Shown here one piece after another: positions 14,998 to 25,320 of a stretch of DNA of 64,000 bases. Both the position numbers and the translations under genes were made by a program. Position 1 is the stretch's first letter. Each line of letters opens with the position of its first letter. Source of the stretch: Daphnia carinata. Lineage: Eukaryota. The notes below the pieces were generated by a model. That model saw only the letters and a program-made list of their open reading frames with translations, did not search any database and was not told the origin of the DNA. The stretch spans positions 1,922,001-1,986,000 of the forward strand of contig NC_081331.1 in the NCBI RefSeq assembly GCF_022539665.2. The letters run 5' to 3'.

Positions 14998-15224
14998 ACT
15001 ATTGTCAATAATGATTTTTTTTTTCAGGAACTTTGCTATGAATGTGATTGTTAAAACTGTCTGTGATGCCTGTTAGATTTAAGCTGAAACTTGTCGTTAT
15101 CTAATTATTCAAAAGCAATTTTTTTTCCCGTTTTTGTGCGATCAGGAGGGCAATCTGCGGAGGCCGAAAAGGACACCGGACATCGAGGATCATCGCGGGA
15201 GCTACAAGATCGTCGCACAAAAAG

Positions 15225-18200
15225 GTATCAGTGATAAATTAAAGTGTACTAACTGTGTTTTTTTTGTATTTTATGTATCTAGATTGGCCGGCCAAGGGGC
15301 CGAAAAGGCCCAACGAGAATCGTCGTGGGAGCTACAAGATCGCCGTGGGATCGTCGAGATCGTCGCCAGTAAGGTATCAGTGATAAATTAAAGTGTACTA
15401 ATTGTGTTTTTTTGTATTTTATGTATCTAGATTGGCCGGCCAAGGGACCGAAAAAGCCCAACGAGGATCGTCGTGGGAGCTACAAGATCGTCGTGGGATC
15501 GTCGAGATCGTCGCCAGTAAGGTATCAGTGATAAATTAAAGTGTACTGATTGTGTTTTTTTGTATTTTATGTATCTAGATTGGCCGGCCAAGGGACCGAA
15601 AAGGCCCAACGAGGATCGTCGGGGGAGCTACAAGATCGTCGTGGGATCGTCGAGATCGTCGCCAGTAAGGTATCACTGATAAATTAAAGTGTACTAATTG
15701 TGTTTTTTTTGTATTTTATGTATCTAGATTGGCCGGCCAAGGGACCGAAAAGGTCCAACGAGGATCGTCGTGGGAGCTACAAGATCGCCGTGGGATCGTC
15801 GAGATCGTCGCCAGTAAGGTATCAGTGATAAATTAAAGTGTACTAATTGTGTTTTTTTGTATTTTATGTATCTAGATTGGCCGGCCAAGGGACCGAAAAG
15901 GTCCAACGAGGATCGTCGTGGGAGCTACAAGATCGCCGTGGGATCGTCGAGATCGTCGCCAGTAAGGTATCAGTGATAAATTAAAGTGTACTAATTGTGT
16001 TTTTTTGTATTTTATGTATCTAGATTGGCCGGCCAAGGGACCGAAAAGGCCCAACGAGGATCGTCGTGGGAGCTACAAGATCGTCGTGGGATCGTCGAGA
16101 TCGTCGCCAGTAAGGTATCAGTGATAAATTAAAGTGTACTAATTGTGTTTTTTTGTATTTTATGTATCTAGATTGGCCGGCCAAGGGACCGAAAAAGCCC
16201 AACGAGGATCGTCGTGGGAGCTACAAGATCGTCGTGGGATCGTCGAGATCGTCGCCAGTAAGGTATCAGTGATAAATTAAAGTGTACTAATTGTGTTTTT
16301 TTGTATTTTATGTATCTAGATTGGCCGGCCAAGGGACCGAAAAGGCCCAACGAGGATCGTCGTGGGAGCTACAAGATCGCCGTGGGATCGTCGAGATCGT
16401 CGCCAGTAAGGTATCAGTGATAAATTAAAGTGTACTAATTGTGTTTTTTTGTATTTTATGTATCTAGATTGGCCGGCCAAGGGACCGAAAAGGCCCAACG
16501 AGGATCGTCGTGGGAGCTACAAGATCGTCGTGGGATCGTCGAGATCGTCGCCAGTAAGGTATCAGTGATAAATTAAAGTGTACTAATTGTGTTTTTTTGT
16601 ATTTTATGTATCTAGATTGGCCGGCCAAGGGACCGAAAAGGCCCAACGAGGATCGTCGTGGGAGCTACAAGATCGTCGTGGGATCGTCGAGATCGTCGCC
16701 AGTAAGGTATCAGTGATAAATTAAAGTGTACTAATTGTGTTTTTTTGTATTTTATGTATCTAGATTGGCCGGCCAAGGGACCGAAAAGGCCCAACGAGGA
16801 TCGTCGGGGGAGCTACAAGATCGTCGTGGGATCGTCGAGATCGTCGCCAGTAAGGTATCAGTGATAAATTAAAGTGTACTAATTGTGTTTTTTTGTATTT
16901 TATGTATCTAGATTGGCCGGCCAAGGGACCGAAAAGGTCCAACGAGGATCGTCGTGGGAGCTACAAGATCGCCGTGGGATCGTCGAGATCGTCGCCAGTA
17001 AGGTATCAGTGATAAATTAAAGTGTACTAATTGTGTTTTTTTTGTATTTTATGTATCTAGATTGGCCGGCCAAGGGACCGAAAAGGCCCAACGAGGATCG
17101 TCGTGGGAGCTACAAGATCGTCGTGGGATCGTCGAGATCGTCGCCAGTAAGGTATCAGTGATAAATTAAAGTGTACTAATTGTGTTTTTTTGTATTTTAT
17201 ATATCTAGATTGGCCGGCCAAGGGACCGAAAAAGCCCAACGAGGATCGTCGTGGGAGCTACAAGATCGTCGTGGGATCGTCGAGATCGTCGCCAGTAAGG
17301 TATCAGTGATAAATTAAAGTGTACTAATTGTGTTTTTTTGTATTTTATGTATCTAGATTGGCCGGCCAAGGGACCGAAAAGGCCCAACGAGGATCGTCGT
17401 GGGAGCTACAAGATCGCCGTGGGATCGTCGAGATCGTCGCCAGTAAGGTATCAGTGATAAATTAAAGTGTACTAATTGTGTTTTTTTGTATTTTATGTAT
17501 CTAGATTGGCCGGCCAAGGGACCGAAAAGGCCCAACGAGGATCGTCGTGGGAGCTACAAGATCGTCGTGGGATCGTCGAGATCGTCGCCAGTAAGGTATC
17601 AGTGATAAATTAAAGTGTACTAATTGTGTTTTTTTGTATTTTATGTATCTAGATTGGCCGGCCAAGGGACCGAAAAAGCCCAACGAGGATCGTCGTGGGA
17701 GCTACAAGATCGTCGTGGGATCGTCGAGATCGTCGCCAGTAAGGTATCAGTGATAAATTAAAATGTACTAATTGTGTTTTTTTGTATTTTATGTATCTAG
17801 ATTGGCCGGCCAAGGGACCGAAATGGCCCAACGAGAATCGTCGTGGGAGCTACAAGATCGTCGTGGGATCGTCGAGATCGTCACCAGTAAGGTATCAGTG
17901 ATAAATTAAAGTGTACTAATTGTGTTTTTTGTATTTTATGTATCTAGATTGGCCGGCCAAGGGACCGAAAAGGCCCAACGAGGATCGTCGTGGGATCGTC
18001 GAGATCGTCGCCAGTAAGGTATCAGTGATAAATTAAAGTGTACTAATTGTGTTTTTTTGTATTTTATGTATCTAGATTGGCCGGCCAAGGGACCGAAAAG
18101 GTCCAACGAGGATCGTCGTGGGAGCTACAAGATCGTCGTGGGATCGTCGAGATCGTCGCCAGTAAGGTATCAGTGATAAATTAAAGTGTACTAATTGTGT

Positions 18201-19178
18201 TTTTTTGTATTTTATGTATCTAGATTGGCCGGCCAAGGGACCGAAAAGGCCCAACGAGGATCGTCGTGGGAGCTACAAGATCGTCGTGGGATCGTCGAGA
18301 TCGTCGCCAGTAAGGTATCAGTGATAAATTAAAATGTACTAATTGTGTTTTTTTGTATTTTATGTATCTAGATTGGCCGGCCAAGGGACCGAAAAGGCCC
18401 AACGAGAATCGTCGTGGGAGCTACAAGATCGTCGTGGGATCGTCGAGATCGTCGCCAGTAAGGTATCAGTGATAAATTAAAGTGTACTAATTGTGTTTTT
18501 TGTATTTTATGTATCTAGATTGGCCGGCCAAGGGACCGAAAAGGCCCAACGAGGATCGTCGTGGGAGCTACAAGATCGTCGTGGGATCGTCGAGATCGTC
18601 GCCAGTAAGGTATCAGTGATAAATTAAAGTGTACTAATTGTGTTTTTTTGTATTTTATGTATCTAGATTGGCCGGCCAAGGGACCGAAAAGGTCCAACGA
18701 GGATCGTCGTGGGAGCTACAAGATCGTCGTGGGATCGTCGAGATCGTCGCCAGTAAGGTATCAGTGATAAATTAAAGTGTACTAATTGTGTTTTTTTGTA
18801 TTTTATGTATCTAGATTGGCCGGCCAAGGGACCGAAAAGGCCCAACGAGGATCGTCGTGGGAGCTACAAGATCGTCGTGGGATCGTCGAGATCGTCGCCA
18901 GTAAGGTATCAGTGATAAATTAAAGTGTACTAATTGTGTTTTTTTGTATTTTATGTATCTAGATTGGCCGGCCAAGGGACCGAAAAGGCCCAACGAGGAT
19001 CGTCGTGGGAGCTACAAGATCGCCGTGGGATCGTCGAGATCGTCGCCAGTAAGGTATCAGTGATAAATTAAAGTGTACTAATTGTGTTTTTTTGTATTTT
19101 ATGTATCTAGATTGGCCGGCCAAGGGACCGAAAAGGCCCAACGAGGATCGTCGTGGGAGCTACAAGATCGCCGTGGGA
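15225..19178 (+). repeat. 148-bp tandem array (~27 copies); unit = GC-rich exon-like segment + short GT-AG intron-like segment
   Basis: The unit attggccggccaagggaccg...cgtcgccagtaaggtatcagtgataaattaaagtgtactaattgtg(T)7gtattttatgtatctag recurs every 147-149 bp. One 128-bp unit (~17944-18071) has a 20-bp internal deletion. The repeated 60-aa ORFs in the track mirror the period. Confidence 0.97.
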
Positions 19179-20059
19179 CGCAGGGACATCGAGGATCGCC
19201 GCCCAGCCCCGAGATTCCGCCCATTAGGATACTGAAAATCTGAAGATGGTACGGTTGAGTATTGCCAAATTGGCATTTTTTCTTACTTTATTCTATGCTG
19301 TGAGGTGTGTGTTTTTTAGATGTTGGGATATTGGGCCCTTTTTTCTTACTTTGGTTTTCCATTCAAGCACTACGGCTTATGGTCATTGCACAATGCCTTC
19401 ACCTTGTAGTGAGCACGAAACTTCACAACTCATTTAGCACATGGTTCTTTGGCTGTTTTTATTAGCTCACCATCATCCACCAGGTAGGGAGGCTTGTTTT
19501 TATGTATTTAACTCCGCACTTCACATAAGTATCTCACTTAAACATTTGTTGGTGTAGGTTTACTAATACTAACTGCTTTCAGGACAAAAAAGAAAACGAA
19601 ATAAACGTATTCGCTTTGGCCAGCGTTTTAAAAAAATCACTATTGGACCAGGGTTTGAATCAGCCTGGCTTTCATTCTTTTATTTTTAAAAGATAGTGTT
19701 AATTTGTATAAATTGTATTTGTATTGCTGTTTTCTTTCTATTTGTATTAGTGTCACTAGATGGCAGTAAAACAAAGATATAAAGTCGTTATTGTGTATTA
19801 TTTTCTAATCGCAACAACCAATAACGACTTTATTTTACTCAAACATATTATTCATACCTATAACACGCAATCATTCTAATTATTATTAGAATTACATTCA
19901 TTATATTTGCTGCAGTACAAAATGGAAAGTTAATAGTAATAATAATAAAGTTAAGCAAGTAGATTAAAACAAAATAATTGCTGCATAGTTATATTTTAAT
20001 CAAATAAAGTTATTAATTTTAAAAATTATATATTTATATGGTTAGAATGCGTAAAGTAC

Positions 20060-20136
20060 TGGCCGATAGATGGCCATAGCTGTAAAAAGAAAAATGGGCC
20101 TTTTTTCTTTTTTACACTACCGCCATCTACCGGTCA
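20060..20136. promoter_or_regulatory. Inverted pair of CTCF-like motifs
   Basis: tggccgatagatggcc (20060-20075, +) and cgccatctaccggtca (20121-20136, -) resemble TGRCCRSYAGRKGGC. Motif match only. Confidence 0.4.
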
Positions 20137-20697
20137 GATTCTAATTAAGTTTCTAAATACAACTTTACATATTCTAGCCATATAAATATGGAATTTTTTT
20201 ATTAATAATTTAATTTAATTTACATACAACTAAACCTTATTTTATTTTGTTATACTCTATTTCCTTAACTTAATTATTATTACTATTCACTATTGACTTC
20301 ATTTTGAACTGCATTTTGCAGCAATGATAATGAATTAAATTCCAATAACAATGAGAATAATTGCTTGTTTTAGGTATAAAAAATATGTTTGGGTAATATA
20401 AAGTCGTTGTTGTTTGTTCCGGTGTGAAAATAATACACAATAACGATTTCATATTACTCAAACATATTATTTATTCCTAAAAAAAGCAATTATTGCTATT
20501 ATTATCATTGCTGCAAAATGCAGTACAAAAAGGAAAGTTAATAGTTAATAGTAATAATAATTAAGTTAAACAAGTTGAATATAACAAAATAATTACTGTA
20601 TAGTTGTATGTTAATCAAATAAAGTTATTAATTTAAAAAATTATATATTTACATGGCTAGAATATGTAAAGTTGTGTTGGGAGGCTTAATTCGAATT

Positions 20698-20777
20698 TGA
20701 CCGCTAGATGGCCATAGCTGTAAAAAGAAAAAATTTGGTCTTTTTCCTTTTTTACAGCTACGGCCATCTAGCGGCCA
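20698..20777. promoter_or_regulatory. Inverted pair of CTCF-like motifs
   Basis: tgaccgctagatggcc (20698-20713, +) and ggccatctagcggcca (20762-20777, -). Motif match only. Confidence 0.45.
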
Positions 20778-20810
20778 AATTCCTATTTAATATTCTCTCT
20801 CATTCCTTCA

Positions 20811-22459
20811 GGCATGGTTTGTATATGGTTACTTGAACACTGGATTTGCAAATGCAGTACAGCTGACTTATGTTTCACATGGTCAGTTGGAGATTTCCCA
20901 GGCAAAATTTCTAGTAACTCAGCATTTGGTACCATCTGTACTATATTTTTATACAGTATCCTGCATGTCTCATTAATTAAGATTTAAATCCTTTTATAGA
21001 TTGTCACATCAGTGAGCAAGGTTCAGTTTAGGGATTGAGAGCCCTCAGCGACTATAACACCTAGCCCATATTCAAATTGTAGCACTTGATTACTGCCACT
21101 GATTCTTCAAAATGCCTATCTTGTATGGAATGCTTGACAGCCAAATGGTACTCCGACGTCACATAAATATCAATTGTTTACTTTATTTACATTTATTAAA
21201 AATTTTTGAAGGAATGATTTAAACAAATGCCAAAGGTGAGACATGCTGGAAAAGCTTGATATGAATGTGTAGATGTAGTTTTGGAATTCAGAGGTGCAGC
21301 TGGCTGTTGGGTAAAACTTCATTAAAATTTTGTTTCAATTCAATATGTTTTAGTTACTATTTGTGTGATTACGCAAAGGATTGTGCCATCCAGGCAATGT
21401 GGATATTCTGCCATGTACATGATAAACCGAGGATTCTTCGTCAACATGCAAGCTGTTACTCCCTGGTAATGCTTTTCTGCTGAGTTTGTTTAGTTTTCTA
21501 ATTTTAATCGTCAATGTTGTATTAGTAAACTACTGTTGGCAGAAAAGCTGATACATTGGGAAAATGGTTATGGCAAGTGCGATGAATAAATCACCATAGG
21601 TCAGTTGTCTTGCCTTCACAATTACAACGAAGATGAATCATGGAGTCAAAAACATTAAAAGGTGGTACTATTTTAAATTTTTAAATTGTTTTAATTGGTG
21701 TATCGCTAAGTGCTGATACATGTGTAGAACATGATGGAATTCATGTCATCCTGGAGAGGACTAAAAAAAACGAGCTTTATCCACGAAGCAGCTCATTAAT
21801 CATGTCCCAAACGATTGTCTGCGTCAGCCAGCAATCTTTCAATGGCTAACAAGCATTTAATAGTTTTGAAAATCGTGGTTTGCACTCCCTAAGGCGACAT
21901 TCCTTAATCCTCACCTGTCAATAGATTTGAGTGCAACCATTTCATTCTGAACTGTCGCCTACGAAATTCTTTTTCCATAAAAGCAGGTGATATGATGTTA
22001 TAATGGAAATTGTTGTCAAGATTGCCGAGACCAGGTACACTGTTTACCTTAACATTTAGTGATCAAAACAACCAACTTTGTAACCTATCTGTTTTTTATG
22101 GTGCATGGAACGTCCAACCGGAAAGCCCATGGAAGATCTCTGTGTCTAACACGAAGGGTTTTTCCAAACTTTCGTATTCAAGTTTTGGCTATGGTGATCA
22201 TTTGCAACTGCATAGCCTTTTAGAAGCTCCTGCCAGGAATCTACAGGAATATGGCAGATGATGAATTTATGTACCATGTAAGCGATATCAATAAGAACGT
22301 CTTATGCTTATCTATGTTTTATTTTCTTAATTTAGATTAATAGCAATAGTGAACCTGCGAAGGTTTCTGGTTGGGATGTGATGACGAAAAGTTATGATAA
22401 TTTGAAGTACGGAATTGAATTTCCCTCCATCAGTCGCCTGTGTATTCCCGCGTATTACG
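20811..22459 (+). pseudogene. Degenerate multi-exon gene remnant of unknown family (left paralogue)
   Basis: Series of exon-like blocks between short GT-AG introns, with stops in the frames tried. The last block, 22336-22459, reads INSNSEPAKVSGWDVMTKSYDNLKYG and resembles the minus-strand block at 24195-24309. Confidence 0.4.
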
Positions 22460-22472
22460 GTATTAATTATTT

Positions 22473-23074
22473 AAAATTGAAGTGCATATCTGGGCTCCCT
22501 TCCTTTCCGTAGCCCCGTTTCCCCTTGACTCGTAATAAGCCCGTAGGGGGTCATGCCCCTACTGTACGGTATATATAAAAACAACATATACCGAGGTTTG
22601 GAGGGCTCTGGCCGGAAAGGGGACGTGGGGTGCCGCTTAGTCCGATGATGTGTTCACGGAGGGCGACGTGGCTACCCACAAATCCGAACTAAAGGTTAAT
22701 CGCTCCTGTAAAAATGTTCCAAATCTTCAGCTCTTCTTCCGGCTTCTCTTAGCCAATCACCGGGTAATCTCCCCGGTGGGTCAACAAGGCAGTGTCTCCC
22801 CCTGCCTGGGTTGACGGCAACTTTTGAAAGGGCTATTATGCCTTTTTAAAGTTGCAAAAATAATTGTAATGTGCAGAGAATTGTCAATAAAATTTTTTTT
22901 ATAAAATATTTTTTGCAAAATTTGTTTCTTTCATTGTCTGTGTTAGGTGTGTTCACACATTACATTTATCAAGTTTTTTTTTTTTTTTGTTTTGCTTTAT
23001 TTGTTTTTGTCACGTTTGATGGTAAGCATTGTTTCCATTGGTTTATCGTTTATCTGTAAGCATTCTATTATTAT
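22473..23074 (+). repeat. Left arm of ~600-bp near-perfect inverted repeat
   Basis: Reverse complement of 23581-24179 with only about ten differences by manual comparison. Confidence 0.97.
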
Positions 23075-23138
23075 CCAGGGATCGGACCCTGGATGTTCGG
23101 CATACCGCGCCGATGCTCTACCAATGAGCCATGAATCA
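23071..23138 (-). pseudogene. tRNA-like element (degenerate tRNA or SINE head)
   Basis: Minus strand: tggctcattgg-tagagca (A box/D arm), tcggc-gcggtat-gccga (anticodon-like arm), caggg-tccgat-ccctg (T arm, imperfect B box). Poor acceptor stem. Confidence 0.65.
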
Positions 23139-23260
23139 TGTTATGTCAAGTTGGCTTTTTTCTAGTCACTTGTGGACTTGCATTTATACTTAGAATAAAA
23201 CTGAAATGCAATTCTGCAATATACTCTTCTACATTTATTCTACTTCATTTTTACACATCT

Positions 23261-23327
23261 ACTGAGGTTTGAACCCAGGGTAACATATATCGCAGCTAAA
23301 GGCTCTACCAAAGAGCTATGAACCTTA
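23261..23327 (-). pseudogene. tRNA-like element (degenerate)
   Basis: Minus strand: tagctctttgg-tagagc (A box) ... ctgggttcaaacctcag (B box/T arm). Anticodon arm decayed. Confidence 0.55.
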
Positions 23328-23424
23328 TGAAAGCAATAGAAAGATAAACATATAGTTGTGAAAGACTGCATAAACATCCTAGACGATAACATATGATATG
23401 CGATAATAAAATATTTAGATATAT

Positions 23425-23490
23425 CTCGTGGCTCAATGTTAGAGCATCGGCGTTGCACGCTGAATGTCTGGGGATCGGTTCCTATACGAG
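23425..23490 (+). pseudogene. tRNA-like element (degenerate; TGC at anticodon position, Ala-like)
   Basis: ctcgt...acgag terminal pairing, tggctcaatgt-tagagca D arm, tcggc-gttgcac-gctga anticodon arm, degenerate T arm ggggatcggttcc. Confidence 0.6.
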
Positions 23491-23580
23491 TAAAACAAAA
23501 TACAAAATTACTTCAAAAAATATCCAGATATTACACGTTGTTCTTTGAATCTAAGTTGAAGAAATCAAAGAATGTAATAA

Positions 23581-24179
23581 ATAATAATAGAATGCTTACA
23601 GATAAACGATAAACCAATGGAAACAATGCTTACCATCAAACGTGACAAAAACAAATAAAGCAAAACAAAAAAAAAAAAACTTGATAAATGTAACGTTTGT
23701 ACACAGCTAACACAGACAATGAAAGAAACGAATTTTGCAAAAAATATTTTATAAAAAAAATTTTATTGACAATTCTCTGCACATTACAATTATTTTTGCA
23801 ACTTTAAAAAGACATAATAGCCCTTTCAAAAGTTGCCGTCAACCCAGGCAGGGGGGGACACTGCCTTGTTGACCCACCGGGGAGATTACCCGGTGATTGG
23901 CTAAGAGAAGCCGGAAGAAGAGCTGAAGATTTGGAACATTTTTACAGGAGCGATTAACCTTTAGTTCGGATTTGTGGGTAGCCACGTCGCCCTCCGTGAA
24001 CACATCATCGGACTAAGCGGACCCCACGTCCCCTTTCCGGCCAGAGCCCTCCAAACCTCGGTATATGTTATTTTTATATATACCGTACAGTAGGGGCATG
24101 ACCCCCTACGGGCTTATTACGAGTCAAGGGGAAACGGGGCTACGGAAAGGAAGGGAGCCCAGATATGCACTTCAATTTT
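23581..24179 (-). repeat. Right arm of ~600-bp near-perfect inverted repeat
   Basis: Reverse complement of 22473-23074. Confidence 0.97.
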
Positions 24180-24194
24180 TTAAATATAAAATAC

Positions 24195-25320
24195 CGTCTC
24201 GGGAATCCGAATGAAGTATAGAAATATCATGTCATCCATCCAATCATTACAATTTATTCAGTGTCATGCCCCAACCAAGAATTTTTTCAGATCCAATGTT
24301 ACTATTAACCTACACTGAGAAAAGAAAAACAACACCATTAAGCATCTCAGTTGTTGCTCATGTGACTTACATGACTCATAGATTCAACTTCTGACAGAAG
24401 CTTGGGAAAGGCCATACAAATTGTAGATGAAAATCATTGTATAAGGCTCTTGAATGATAAAATAACACCCCTAGAAAGTTGCATTGTTGATAGTTGTGTT
24501 CCCAGTATGCTGAAAATCCTTTCCTTTGGATAAATTTTTTTTTTGTAGATTAGACATGGTTGGCAAAAAGGAGGAGAAAAGCTTCATCATAAATTCAAAA
24601 ATTTTTCAAGAAAATTCCTTTCATACCTAAAGAGTCCATGTATGATGTTCATCTCTGCGATGCCAGTGAAGTGAAACATCTTTAGGGCCATTTAAGTACC
24701 CAGCTTCACCAACACTCTGAGTGTAAAGGACAAGTTGTTCTTTAGCAAAAGAAGCAGAATTATTTGAGGCTTCTAGCTGTGACAGAACTATAAAGGATTG
24801 CTGTTGTACACAGGATTCATTAACACAAGATGGTACTTCTCATTAGACAATTTGCATTACTCTATTACTTTACCTCACACCTTAACGGTAATGCACTCTC
24901 AGTGTTTTTTTCAACTACAGGCTGACTCTTCCATCCTGTAACACTTCCAGACTTGACTTGATCCCCCGCTAAAATTCTGTGAATGCAAAATAATAGCATT
25001 AAAAATACTTTTTCGATAGACAAAGAACGGGGAAGTACCTAATCCATGTTTTAGGTTGAACTCGTGCCATTTCTGGGTTTCCGTACCACACCCATTTTTG
25101 GCCCAAATACAGTCCCACAATTGTTCAGTTCCATCGCTGCATGGACTGATTACGAACAATAATTGAGCCTGCAGGTTCATAATTAGAGCTAAAAAACAAT
25201 AATTAATAATTGAAAACTAATATAATAATCTTTGTACTTACCATCCTTATGTTTCATTATCTTATCCATTTTAACATATTTTTCTCCAGCCACACGTTAT
25301 TCTCCATCCACGCTACTCAA
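24195..25320 (-). pseudogene. Degenerate multi-exon gene remnant (right paralogue, converging on the left one)
   Basis: Block 24309-24195 reads VNSNIGSEKILGWGMT then stops, with the same splice context as the left copy (cat|gtaag ... tag|exon ... acg|gtatt). Further exon-like blocks include ORF 24911-25180. The upstream limit is uncertain. Confidence 0.4.

Larger units (their letters stand above)
19781..20783. repeat. AT-rich alternating inverted repeat (A / reverse-A / A / partial reverse-A), ~320-bp unit
   Basis: 19781-20098 is imperfectly mirrored by ~20099-20450 and repeated directly at ~20440-20740. Palindromic turn points lie at ~19805, ~20098, ~20425 and ~20737. Confidence 0.85.

Noticed and set aside
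15279..19141. Repeated 60-aa minus-strand ORFs (MGLFGPLAGQSRYIKYKK...)
   Set aside because: By-product of the tandem repeat: non-ATG starts, broken whenever the T-run length changes, and splice signals point to the + strand.
15225..19178. CRISPR array
   Set aside because: The whole 148-bp unit repeats with no unique spacers, there are no cas genes, and the context is eukaryotic.
23071..23490. Functional tRNA genes
   Set aside because: Acceptor stems, anticodon loops and T loops are imperfect; treated as tRNA-derived relics.
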